Part shown: in pieces, positions 25,356 through 38,080 of the stretch
Numbering within the stretch: position 1 is the stretch's first letter
Layout of the letters: the number at the start of each line of letters is the position of its first letter
From: Octopus bimaculoides
Taxonomy: Eukaryota
NCBI RefSeq assembly: GCF_001194135.2
Contig: NC_068985.1
Location: 7,865,390 to 7,929,389 of the forward strand
Direction: 5' to 3'
Length of the DNA stretch: 64,000 bases
Notes under the pieces: model-generated
Databases searched by the model: none
What the model was told of the DNA's origin: nothing
What the model saw: the letters and a program-made list of their open reading frames with translations, nothing else
Made by a program: the position numbers and the translations under genes

Positions 25356-25606
25356 CACATACACACAATATTTTAGAGCTTTGTTATTACAGGTTTTTCT
25401 CTTTTCCGTGCTGTTTTCCCATATTGTTGACGTAATATTTTCTGTTGTGCAATTTAAATTCAGTATGTTTTATCAATTGAATCATGATTGTATGTACTCA
25501 GAAAATGTATTTGTAGTGTAAGCAGTCATATTAATTCATGGCTATTTAAAGCAGCTGAGACATTCTCCTCCCTTTCCTCATCATTGTTTTAATTTAAAAA
25601 AAAAAA

Positions 25607-26204
25607 GGATCTTTTTTAAAACAGGGGCCACATTTTTCATTAATGAAACACTTTGAAACTTGGAACACTGGTAGAATGTGTCATATAAAACATCTTTTTC
25701 TCTTAGTCTTCTTAAAAAACCCCAGAAATCCCTAAGTTATTCCATGCTAAAGTTGTCGTATTTCTGTAATTTCAACCAATCACTGACGTCCATTCAGCCG
25801 ATATACATTAAGTGCCGACTACATAAACAAACGATTCTGAAACAATTCTATCGGTGATAGGGTTAGGGTTAGGGTTAAACAGAAAATTTTAAAAGAAAAA
25901 AGCAAATAAAACGAAAAAAAAAAAAAAATGAAAAAAGCAAATTTAAAATGAAAAAAGCAAATAAAACGAAGCTATGGCTTAATCAGCCAAAGGAGTAAAT
26001 GTAAACAACTGAATACTTGTCAGTAATTGGTTGAAATTATCGAAATAAGACAATTTTTTTACATGAAATAAATTCGAATACAAAAATATTTTTCTGTTCT
26101 ATAACACAAAATAGATAAGTATACGAAGTTTGAAAGTCTTTCGGTACCAAAAACACTACGTAAAACATTAATGAAAAATGTGGCCCCCGTTTTAAAAAAG
26201 ATCC
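25607..26204. mobile_element. Second copy of the GGATC-TIR MITE, inverted and internally deleted
   Basis: Same TIRs; reverse complement of 3036-3746; no TSD recognisable. Confidence 0.9.
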
Positions 26205-26419
26205 CCAAAATTTTTTTTATTCATGCTGATATGAATTTAGAAAGTAACAGGAGCTATGAACTGTCTATTGAGTTAATGGACTTCATTTCATAAATGCATT
26301 TCCTGCTAACTATTCCTCCACATTTCAGCTTCTGGTGCTCTGTCAACCTACCAGAGATCCCACTGCATGTTTTAAATCCTTCCTTGCTTTCACCGAATGC
26401 AATGTCAAGTTTGTAACTC

Positions 26420-26586
26420 CAGCAATCCCTAGATTATCGTGGGTGTTAGGTTCCAAAACCCCCTGCAGTAGGTGAAAATTATTTTTATAATTTGACTATA
26501 TTTATTTTATTATAAATGCAAAACAACCCCATGGAGGAATCAACGTAAGCTTAAATAATAAACCGCAATATGGTGAGGTATTACTG
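26420..26586. mobile_element. Short Tigger/pogo-type MITE
   Basis: CAGCAATCCCT...GAGGTATTACTG|TA; related to 27632-28121. Confidence 0.65.
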
Positions 26587-26787
26587 TATTCCTTAAATAT
26601 TTATCCTAGCCACTTACCAAATAACACTTGGATTTTACATTCTCTTTTATTTAAAGCTTTCATATTGGTGTATATGCTTGTAGGTTTGGAACATTTCTAA
26701 AAATACAATTCTATATTTTTGAGATGAGGAATTAATGTACATTATTTACAGTGGACAGATAGGTGTCCTCACCTTGTTTGTTGTTAC

Positions 26788-26829
26788 CACTACGTTTCGG
26801 CTGATGTACTCTCCAGCCTCTATCAGGTG
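26788..26829 (-). ncRNA. Minimal type I hammerhead ribozyme-like motif in a Penelope-type repeat
   Basis: Minus strand: CAC CUGA-UA-GA GGCUG[GAGAGUACAU]CAGCC GAAA C GUA GUG; stem I CAC/GUG, stem II 5 bp, palindromic ACGU stem III. Activity untested. Confidence 0.6.
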
Positions 26830-26974
26830 TTCTAGTGGAATTTTGAACCCAACCCTTCAACATACTCTACCACATCTTCTATGTATAAAAGTTATCCCAA
26901 ACAAAGAATCCTAAACTCTTGTTACAGCATTAAAGGAATATTTATTAATAGAAAGCTAGGATAGAGCATTTATG

Positions 26975-27300
26975 GACACTTCCTCCAGGAGAATTGTGCC
27001 TGGCTCCAAATGTCTGTTTTGGCATGGTTTTTATGGCTGGATGCCCTTCCTAACACTAACCCTAACACTAACCAGAGTGTACAGGATGCTTTATAAGCAG
27101 CACCAGCACAGGTGCTTTTTATGTAGTGCCAGTATGGGTGCTCTTTATGTGGCACCAGCATGGGTATTTTTATGTGGTGTCAGCTTGGGTGCTTTTTTTT
27201 TACATGGTGCCAACATGAGTACGTTTTACATGGCATCAGAACCAGTGCTTTTTATGTGGCACCAACACAGGTGCTTTTTGCATGGCACCAGCTTACATGT
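26975..27300 (-). mobile_element. RTE-tailed repeat with a tandem ~25-bp unit array
   Basis: GGCTGGATGCCCTTCC tail, then about 8 GGTGCTTTTTATGTGGCACCAGCA-like units. Confidence 0.75.
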
Positions 27301-27502
27301 TTTCTAAATTTCCATCTATATTTTTGGTTCATCCTAACCTTTCCCTTGAATGTGGTTTATAACAATCTCGTGAGCCATTAATCAAATTTTTTTTTTGGCA
27401 CCCACAAAACCACAGAGCCAGAAAAATACTAAGAAAGTAAATGGCTTTCTCCCGATCAACAAACAGAAGACAAGATTGTCCTTAGCTATGAACTTTATTG
27501 TC

Positions 27503-27550
<48 letters not shown>

Positions 27551-27631
27551 CAAACTGAAACTATCGTGTTCAGATTAACTGCGTTCTGAATTATTTTCAT
27601 GAAAAATGTCTATCAACTACTCATGGCTATA

Positions 27632-28121
27632 CAGTAATCCCTCAACTATCATGAGTGTTACATTCCCAAACCCACCACGATAGGTGAAAATCCGCAAAGT
27701 AAAAACAGTACTGTACTACATATTTTAAAAAATTATTTATATAGTTTGTATATGTTTATTTTATTATAAATGCGAAACACCACACTACACACTCACCTCC
27801 CGAGTTTCATTTTCCCAATAGTATGTGTGATTCGTTGTTTACTCATCTATGGTACACTACGTATTTTCTTTTAATATATTTTAATTAATGCGTTATACAG
27901 TGCAGTACTGTACTGTATTTTTATTTATTGATTTTTAGGCGTGAAAATGCTTATTTTACCACAGAAATAATTAAAATATAAAAAAATATAAATACCTATC
28001 GGCCGCAAAAACCCGTGATATACTGAGGAGTCCTCGATATAAATTTACATATATTAGTCAGAAAAATCTGTGATGTACTGAGGGCATGATAGGTGAACTG
28101 CGATATGGCAAGTGATTACGG
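27632..28121. mobile_element. Tigger/pogo-type MITE
   Basis: TA|CAGTAATCCCTC...GCAAGTGATTACGG|TA. Confidence 0.75.
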
Positions 28122-29047
28122 TATTCCTTCCACTTTTACTTTTGAAGATTATCGATCCATCTTTATCATTGTAGTTAATCTCTTTTTGCAATGCTTCTAA
28201 AAGACAGGCTGTTTGCTTGTTAGTGCAATCATTTCATCTATCATGAACTTGCTTGCATCATAAAGTTGGTTTTAATAGCAATAATTGTTATAATATTTAG
28301 CTATTGTCTTGTCATAAATATGCTATAAAACTGGAGATGAGATATAACAAGCTTTGGCAGTCTTTGATGAATGACTGTCATGGAGTATTTATGAATAAAA
28401 TACTTCATATTTAAACAAGGGTTGTGTTTTGACATGCCACCTACAGTGCTGTCTGGTAGGTGGGCAATCTTTACGTGACCAGAGATGTGCTACATAGGCT
28501 GCCATTTCTCACTTTATTAGTGTGGTGAATTCACTGGCGGTGACTTATTCAAAGCATGGATAATGACATAGATGTTAAGCTTAAAGCTTAGCCATCACAT
28601 GCGAGTATGATATGACCTGGTAGCTTGTACTATGTTTTGCTGAGTACCTTAGATACCTGTGTAATCGTAAGTGGGCAAGACATCCTCTTGGCCCTCCTAC
28701 TTTTGATCTGGATGTAACAGCCAGAGTAAGAGTGGGCTACACCAGTACTTGGCTGGTATCAATTTCTAGTTTAGTAGACTGGAGCAGTGTAAAATGATGT
28801 GCCTTGGTGGAGTACACAATACATTGGCTGGTCTAGGAACTGAACCTATGATCATGAGCCCTACACTCTAACCACTAGGCCACTTTCCTTCACATGGATG
28901 CAAGGTGTATATTATGATCAATGACAGACTGAAGGACAGTGGACTATGTAATTTAGTTCTGATCTCTGTGGTATCAAGTTATTCACTTTTACTTTTATCC
29001 TTCTGAAGTTAATTACAAAAGTGACCATGCACAAATCAGATGGGCTC

Positions 29048-29101
<54 letters not shown>

Positions 29102-29375
29102 GGGCATGATGGAAAGTGTCAGCTGTCCACAGCCAGCAGACTAAGGCAACACTTGTTCACTGGTCATGCTTCAAGAACTCTGCGAAGAATTCCTGCAGTT
29201 CCAAGCAATGCTGGTTTTTGTAGGTGTTCTACCTTCACACTTGCACCGATCCTTTTCAACCATGTTGCTAGTTGAGTGCTGATACTTTCGAGTGCACCAA
29301 TTACTCTTGGTATCACGTCTACTCTCTTCATTGACCACAACCTTCACACTTCGCACTTCTAAGAGCACTGTCAAT
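29048..29375 (-). mobile_element. R4/Dong-like non-LTR element 3' end with (TAA)n tail
   Basis: Minus frame VDVIPRVIGALESISTQLATWLKRIGASVKVEHLQKPALLGTAGILRRVLEA*; (ATT)n at 29048-29101. Confidence 0.8.
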
Positions 29376-29469
29376 TTACTGCTTCTATCTTCCCTCTACT
29401 CTCTTTATATCAATAAAATAATAATGATGATGATGATAGTCATCCTTTCTAGTGTAGGTACAAGACCTA

Positions 29470-29700
29470 TAGTCGATTTTATGATGGTTATGGAGTGTTC
29501 CTACCGGAGCACCACCGTGGATGCGAATAGCGTGCCTATCAGAGGGTACAGAAAGCGAATGTACAGTGAATGGAAGACAATGGAACTGTTTGAAATTACT
29601 GAACAGAGATTATGTGACCAAGCAAGAGCAATACGAAAGAATGGCTAGTTAACAGAATTGGAGCTAGAAGCTATTAAAATAAGGGTATTGGGTGATGCTG
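29470..29700 (+). mobile_element. R4/Dong-like ORF N-terminal fragment
   Basis: VMECSYRS...PIRGYRKRMYSEW...[29 protein letters not shown]. Confidence 0.7.
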
Positions 29701-29769
29701 GACATGTGAGAAATGAAAGTGATATAGTGGAAGAGATGGACAATTGTCCGCAAGAATATAATACTGTGA

Positions 29770-30054
29770 ATTGTGAAAGAATGTTGCTTTGAAGTAATTG
29801 TGCATTATCTCATAGCCTTGAGATTTCAATGGGTGATGGTCTGGATGAAGACAGTGATGCATAGGGACGAGGACTGCTGTGTGAAGAAGTGCCACACTCT
29901 AACGGTGGAGGTAATCTGTGGAAGAAGTAGACCTATGAAGACATGGGATGAGGTGGTGAAGCACGTATCAAAGCTTAGGGTGGTATATAAAAAATGCTGG
30001 CATCATCAAAGCTGGAAATTGTGTATCTAAAGAAAAATTCAAACAAGAAATGAA

Positions 30055-30108
<54 letters not shown>

Positions 30109-30790
30109 AAAAGCATGGAAGGAAAAGAAAATGTATAATCAGTTTGCAAGAGATGTGAATGTGAAGACAGGTACAGAGGACCAGTGGCTATGGATGAGGA
30201 GGAGTGACCTAAAGCACTCATATTTGCAGCTCAAGTACAAGTGTTAAGGACCAATTATATGGGATGAGGTGGTGAAGCATGATCTTTGAATGTTGGGCCT
30301 CATGGAGGCAATGACAAGTGACCGACCTTTGGCGATATGCCATGTTTGAGAAAAGCCTGCCGAACTGAGATCGTAATCACGGCTGATGCCAGTGTCATGT
30401 AACTGGCATGTAAAAAGCATTCCTTGAATGTTTGGCGATATGCTGTGCTTCAGAAAACCTATCAAGCCAAGTGAGACCGATGCTACTGCTGTGTGACTGG
30501 CACATGAAAAGCACTATTCAAACATTGGGCATCACAGAGGCAGTGACAGGTGACCGAGACCTTTGGTGATATACCGTGCTTGAGAAGACCTGTCAAGCCA
30601 AGCGAGATCATAGTCGTGGCATGTATCAAGCAACCACTACATTCTTGGAGCAGTTGGTGTTAGGAAGCGAATCTAACCATAGAAACCATGCCAAATCAGA
30701 TTGGTACTTCGTGTAGCTCCCCAGCTTAATCAGTTTTCAGTCAAACCATCCAACCTATGCCAACATGGAAAACGGATAATAATGATGATT
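29770..30790 (+). mobile_element. RTE LINE 3' end interrupted by an R4/Dong-like internal fragment (29966-30258)
   Basis: DEDCCVKKCHTLTVE..RPMKTWDEVVKH; insert AWKEKKMYNQFARD..WLWMRRSDLK..ALIFAAQVQVLRTNY with a 50-nt poly-A (30056-30105); 3'UTR subrepeats and tail. Confidence 0.78.
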
Positions 30791-31667
30791 GTTTATTATT
30801 AGAATGACATTGCAGGGTAGGTGTGAGAGGCTGGATCTGGCGACTTTGTACATAGAACAAATTGAATACTTTGGCTGGGTGTGGCTGGTTCAAATGCTAA
30901 AAGATTAATATCACGGACACTGTGCTCCATAAAGATGCTTGCCACAGCTGTGTTTCTTACCCTTTCAAATATTATACATGGTTTACAGTTGGTGATTGAA
31001 CTTTTGTTTACAAAGTTTAGGCCATAAATTTTATTTTGTGATTTTTTTGTCATATTCTACCCCTTTCCTGCTACTTCTCCACTTTTCCCTGTAGATAGTA
31101 TTCAATACATCTCCAACATCATCTCTTTTCTCTCTCACCCTCACTGTCTCTCTGTATTTCTCTGACTCTCCTCCCCTTCTCCTAACCCTCTTTTATACTT
31201 TAACCTCTCACCTGGCTCACAGCCACTTCCCTCTTTTCCACTCTCTCTCTCTCAGCTTAGAAGCCTTTGTCTTGCAAGCTATGTGGTGACCCCACTGGTG
31301 CTACATAAAAAGCACCCAGTACACATAAAGTAGTTTGTGCTAAGAGGGGCATCCAGCCATAGAACCCATGCCAAAACAGACAATTGGAGCCTGGTGTCGC
31401 TCCTGTCGAACCAGCATGGAGAATGGACATTAAATGCTGATGAGAATGATTCACCAGTTTGCTGAAGCTTCTAAAATCATGCATCTAAGTAATAAATATT
31501 TCTCTCATCCCAGTGTATAGTGTTGATTAAGTAAAATTTTTCCAGCTTCAATTGAGTTTGCATCTAATAACAACTTAGTCTTAGTTTTCTATATAAATAA
31601 TATTTGGTTTCTTTGATTTCATTGTAGCAATGAAATTTTCTAACTTTGTTTTGTTGTTTTGAAACAG

Positions 31668-31721
31668 GGAATTCGGTAATATTGTTCACGTGTTGGATCT
31701 ACTTTTAATCCTGTGGCCAAG
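31668..31721 (+). other. Candidate 5'UTR exon of USP36-like gene
   Basis: ttgttttgaaacag|ggaatt...gccaag|gtaaat; splicing it to 34462 places a TAA (31677-31679) in frame upstream of ATG 34474. Supported by splice signals only. Confidence 0.4.
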
Positions 31722-33267
31722 GTAAATGTTTCTGTTTTTGAAAACTCTTATCTTTTGAACCATTCTTTTTTTCCTGTTTTCATCTTTTGGACACTTGAAT
31801 CTGCTGAACATATTCATTAGAGTTCCACAAACCTTACTGCTAACTAGTATCCCATGATAGGTTGTTCATTAGATTTTGGGCCAGGATAGTCAACCTTTAA
31901 TCACCTTTTTTACACAACGTGATATTCTACTTACATAACGTGATATCTCTCTTACATAAAATAAATTGGTTTATTCAAAGTTGTCTTTCTTTCCATCGGT
32001 AGAAACTTTCTACACTGTTGTTAATCTATCTGGCTTTGGAGTTCAGAAATTTCCTTTACTGCCATGCATTTATGTGGAATATTTTAAAATTCTTTATTAA
32101 ATATGACATCTTATCATTGTCTGAAGGCATTTTACTCTGTGTTTTAGTCCACCTAATTTTCTTTTCTTTCTGGTATCTCAAAATAAAAAGAGCAGTATTG
32201 TTTTTTAATGTTAATGGATTTTGCTAAATTTCCTCTGATGATGGGAAGTTCTTAAGAGTTTTCACCAGATTATTTTCCAAACATGTTGTTCTGATGTAGT
32301 TTTGCATGCTAATAATGAAAGTCACATTCATTTTTTTTTCTAGAAATTGATAATAAAAAAAACGTTACATGCATCTAAATATATGTAATTTTAGCTAATT
32401 GAAGCCTTGATTGCCGAATATAGCAAAAGTTGTGGCTGTTTGTTCACATGGGAACAGCACACATGAAACCATTGTATGATCTCTCGACCTGCTAGAAATA
32501 AGACAAATATTCCTTAAACTACACCATAATATCTTGAGGACAAAGACGACGCATAGTGCCACATCTAAATTAAAGTCAATCTCAAAGGATGTAACTTTTT
32601 GTCAAATTCACAAAACTTAAAACACTTAGTAGGCTCCACAAATTGGTTTTAAACGTACTTCTCCTTATAAAATTGTAAACAAAGTGTAAAAGTAAAAGGT
32701 GGTGGTGGTGGTGGTGGTGGAGAGAGTTGGTTTTCAGTGTTGTTGTTAAATGAATTTGTAGTGTTGATGATGATGATGATGATGGTATTGATGCTATTCT
32801 TTCTCCACTGCAAAATCTTGTGAAACAATTTTACCATAAGGAAAGAGAAAGCACATTTAATATCGAACTGTGGGACCCAGTAAGTGTTTCAAGGGTTGTG
32901 AATTCAATAAAAGGTTACATCTGTGGAGATTGACTTTAATTTTGATGTTATTAACAACATTCAACAATTGGAAACCATTTGGGCCTGCCTCAAGCGAGAA
33001 AATAAGTGCTGCATGGCACAATGTGCCATCCTTTTCTTTTTGTTTTTAGATGTTAGTGTATGGTTGTGATGTTCATAAGGAGAAAAGAACCATATATATA
33101 AACAAACATTCAAAGTGCACACATGCTGTGTGTTTAGCTTCACCTGTTAGTTGGCAAATCTCCTCTCATGTTAAAAGAAAGGCACATTGGATAATAAAAG
33201 ATCAGATGGTCAAACTTTGGGATCAGGGCTAGCCTATAGTTAAACTGTAATAACACACATGCAAGTA

Positions 33268-34296
33268 CTGTAAAAATCCATGTAATTTGCGTACCTGTGT
33301 AATTTACGCAGGTGATCTTCAGGATAAAATTTGTTAAAAAAAGCTTCTACTCATGTAAAATTTGCACCCAAAAGCTTTCAGAATTGCCGATATGGCCAGG
33401 GGAAAAAGGTTTTCAATTTAGTTGTATTTAGCATAATTTCCCTTACTTCTGATTAGATTTTATTAAATTTTCATTTAACAAAACTAATTTCTCTTTAACA
33501 GGTATTACATTGAAAGGTATTAAATTACAAAGTATTTGTGTTGTTTATAATAAACTTTATTTTACATTTCTTGCCCACAAATTGTAATCACAGGAAAAGT
33601 TGTTAATTACCAACAAAAAACAAAGCTGATAAATACACACAGGTGTTGCAAATTAAGTTTAATTACCTATAAACATCAGCTTGGATGACACTTTACTCAA
33701 CTGACAGAAGAAGGTGATCAATCAAGCTGATTATGCAAACAGAATTATTTTCCGCCTATTCTTTTTGGAACCTTTGATATTGAGTTCCAAAATTTTAATC
33801 CCTTTCACAGTTACAAAATGTCAAGCAAACTTCAAAATTTGTCATTACCATTATTGAGCAGAACTTGCAAATCATTTACTGCAAAGGAGAGATTAAATAT
33901 GTGCTACATTGCGATAGGTAGAAACTCCAAGCAATGTAAAATATGGCCCGGACTGTGTTTGCCAGCATGAACGTCAGACTTCAAAAAGTAGTTGACCAGT
34001 TAATGGTTTTAGTAAATTTATACAGAAAAAGCAAGCATTATACCGTCCAGCATAAATAAAAGTCAACTTCATTATGTGTATTTAAGCCATTGTTTTTTCT
34101 GTAAAAACCTATTCTGACATTAAATGAGTCAACTTCTGGTATGAATGTTTGTTTCGCATGTCTTTTTTCCAAAGAAAATCTTTGAAAAAAAAAAAAAAAA
34201 AATTCTGGCAACTATCTACTCGTGTAGTTTATGCATCCCTTAAAGTATATTTTTATTTTTGTGAAAAAAATGTGTAAATTACATGGGTTTTTACGG
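33268..34296. mobile_element. TA-flanked non-autonomous Tc1/mariner-pogo-type element, both TIRs present
   Basis: TA|CTGTAAAAATCCATGTAATTT...AAATTACATGGGTTTTTACGG|TA. Confidence 0.88.
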
Positions 34297-34473
34297 TAAC
34301 TGATTTTGATGTCCAGCCTAGAGTATTTGAAAATATATGTAAAATAAGTTGAGGAACTAAATGAACCAGACTGTAATTGCAGTAATAACTAAGCTACTAT
34401 TAATTCATTGTTACTTGATTTATATACACACATATATATTTTTCTTTCTTTCTTCCCACAGGACGCCAGTGCT

Positions 34474-34753
34474 ATGCCTGCCCAGTCCTCTGAGAATATA
34501 ACTGCAGTTGAAGAGGCAGTGTTTTCTTCTGTGGCTGGCACGGACAAACTTCACCATAAGTTGGCATCACTCTCTCAAAAAGTTCTCTTCAGTAGTATTG
34601 AATTCCAGCCTGCTCGAAAGGCACTCAACCTTCAGCAAGATTCACTCAAATCCAAATATATAGTCTTGAATACTATTAGACCCGATAAAACCCTGGCGAT
34701 TTCAGCTTCTGCATCTTCTAACAAAAATTCACAAACAGAGAATGAAGAAAATG
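34474..34753 (+). CDS. USP36: USP36-like coding exon 1 (exon starts 34462, ATG 34474)
   Basis: Acceptor ttcccacag|gac; MPAQSSEN...[25 protein letters not shown]...EEN; donor G|gtaagt. Confidence 0.88.
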
Positions 34754-37700
34754 GTAAGTTTGGTGGTATTCTTTTTGGGTGTTATTTTTCTTTAAAGTTC
34801 ATTTTCTTATAATTTTTCATTGATAGAGTATAGAACAAAATGCTTTGCAATATTTATTGTTCTTTATTTAAGTTTAAAATTTTCTTTGGGTTTATTGTTT
34901 TGTCCTTCCTTAGTCTATGAAATAATATCAAACATGCATTGATGTAATCAACTGGTCTTTTCTTCAAAATTGATGGCCTTATACCTATGTTAGAATTCAT
35001 CATCATTTATATATTAAAAAAAAAAAAATCCTCTTTCATAATTTCTAATTCTTCCAGAAAGATGTTTTCATCGGCTGAGATAGAAATGTCTGTAAAGAAC
35101 TTTTTTTTAGTCTTTCATCCTTTCAAGGGTCAGTAAAATATCTCACAGTTAAGAACTGAGGTTAATGTAACAAACCATATCCTTCCCTAAATGAAGACGA
35201 TGCTTTCTACTAGAAAGCATCGTCATCATTTTTATGAAACTCATATATATGGAAGCCATATGGACCACAGATTGCAAGGGAAACTGATTTCCCTAAATGT
35301 CCCAGTGGCTTTCTGGAAGTTGTAGGCAATTTTGGAAAGCGGACATTAAATGATGATGATGATTAGAGCAGTGGAATGGCAGACTCTATACATGTTCTTT
35401 TACATTTTGATACCAGATTTCTTTACCTCTTATCCTTCTGGAGTTGAATTTGTACTAATGAGAGGAAACCAGGCTTGATGTTTTACAAAGTATACAGCTG
35501 TGTTGAAACCATGTTAGGATACCTTTTTTGCCTTCATTCAAATAAGTACCTGTATTATAGTAGTAACAGTTTGACTGTACACAACTTACAAGTCCATTAT
35601 ACTTCAGCCTAAGAAATTATTATTGTTGTTTCTAAAAGAAAATACTTGGCAGAATATGTTCTTTATATTATATTTTTATTTTCAGATACATCAACGATGA
35701 GTAATCAACGGGATGGTGATGGTCTGCCAACTCCCAGGTATGTTATCTACCCTGCAGACAAACTTTGCCTTGACTGGTGGCCTCGTAAAGTGCAGAAAGT
35801 TGGTGCTGGCTTGCACAACTTGGGCAATACGTGTTTCCTCAATGCAACACTGCAATGCCTGTCCTATACACCACCTCTAGTCAACCATTTACTTGGGGAC
35901 GAACACACAAATAGCTGTAAGTAAACAATTTTTAGCTGAATTTATTCTTGTGGCTACTCTTTTCTTATCCATTTTTTCCCCAGTCTGTTTCCATTTACTT
36001 TTTCCTTAATTAACTTCTTCCACTTTATCGTTATCTACTCATTAACATTTTTCTGTCCCCTTTAACATTCCCTCCTTATTCATTTTCTCGTAGTTTGCTG
36101 TCCTTTTTCATCTCTTTCAGTTATTGTCTTTCCTTTTTGTTCTTATACACTTCTCCATTTCCCTATCTTCATCACTGTCCTTTATTTCCCTGTGTAACCT
36201 GTACGTCTTGCACTGTTGAGATAAAATGAAATGCTACTGAGATGAGAGATACACTGCTTGGGTGACAGACTCATAACTAACACAGGTAACAACCGTCCTC
36301 AGGAATATCTCTAAAGTCTTTATTTATTTTCTTACAGGCAAACAAGTAGGTTTCTGTATGATGTGTGAGCTTCAAACACACATACGACGCAGCTATGAAA
36401 ATTCTGGCCATGCAATAAAACCTCAGTCTATTTTGCAAAAGTTGAAAGGTATGTTATGCAAAACATCTCTTTTACCTCTATTGTTTACTTAGTGTTAAGA
36501 TTCTAGTTCTCTCTAATTACCTAAAATATTCCATATTTTTACCTGAAAGTAAGACCTTGGTGAATCCAAGTTATGAAATAGTTTCACATCTCCAGTTTTA
36601 GTAGTCTTAAATCACTTTGATAACTGATGTCCTTCAGAAAAGCACAAGTAATTTACAATTTCATTTTCTCTTCATTACATGGTCTATGCTGAGGTAAGAT
36701 AATTGGAATTATAGAACATAATTTGTTGTGTATCCCCTTCCTTGTGTTTCTTTCCCCAAACGAGAGTGAGTTCAACTAAGTAAACTGGTATGTACATTAT
36801 CTTTAGACATAAGCACAAGGCATTTTGTCCAATACCAACTTAGCACTGTCGAAGGTTTTATATTATGTATCAGTTAATGGTCCTTGATTTGTGTTACTAT
36901 TTTATTAAATACTCTGTTGTCTCTTTTACAGTAATAGCTAAACATATGCACTTTGGTCGACAAGAAGATGCCCATGAATTCCTACGCTACTTGGTTGATG
37001 CTTTGCAAAAGTCCTGTCTGAATGGTTATTTAAAGTAATTTTCATTTTCTATTCCTTCTGTAAAAAAACAGCAGAAAAAACAACACTTCACACACTTACA
37101 ACTTGCTTTTCTGTTTTTCAACATTGTTGACATTTATTTCTTTTGTTTATGAAAATTATTTCTGTCTGTGTCTGTGTAGTTTTGTATTCTTGAAGTTTAG
37201 TTTTCTGGTAGGTATCACAAACATCAGTTGGCTTTCCCAGTTCTGTAACAGCCCAAAGCATATGCGTGAGGTAATGCTTTGTTCATATAAAGGCTTTTTT
37301 TTTTTTTTTGGGTTAAAGATTTACAAGAAAGATTTTTCAGTTATGATGTGTATTCAAAGAAATGTTATTTGTGACCATTTTGCATTATAGGTTAGACAAG
37401 TACAGTAGAGAAACCACAGTAATCAATCAGATATTTGGAGGATTTCTGCGCAGTCAAGGTGAGTAAAGCAGCTGTTAAGTTTTACTGTTTCACTTGTTAT
37501 TAATTATTCATAGTAATTAAATAACTTAGCTTTATAGTTGCAAATAAATGAGAAACTCTTATGATTTTGGTTAGAAACGTTTTATTTCCCTGTGTTTAGA
37601 TATTGCGAGTTATTTGTGATCCAAATATATTTCCTTCTTTTATATGTAATGCTTGTTTACAACAAACTATTAATACAGATACAAGTATGGTTGCGTGGTG

Positions 37701-38042
37701 AGAAGCTTGTTTCCTAATCACATGGTTCCAGGTTCAGTCCCACTGCGTGGCATCTCAAGCAAGTGTCTTCTGCTATAGCATCGAGCAGACCAAACCCTTG
37801 TAGTGGATTTTGTAGACAGAAACTGAAAGAAGCTTGTTGTATATGTATGTGTGTGTATGTGTGTGTCAATCTACCACTTGGCAACTGATGTTTGGTGTGG
37901 TTACATCTCCGTAACTTAGCAGTTCAGTGAAAGAGACTGATAGAATAAGTACCAGGCTTTAAAAAAGTACTGAGGTTGATTTATTCAACCAAAAAAAACT
38001 TCGAGGCAGTGCCCCAGGGTGTATGCTTTTGTCCTCTGTGTG

Positions 38043-38080
<38 letters not shown>

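Noticed and set aside
27085-27300. CRISPR-like array
   Set aside because: Units are contiguous and diverged with no unique spacers; eukaryotic SINE context and no cas genes.
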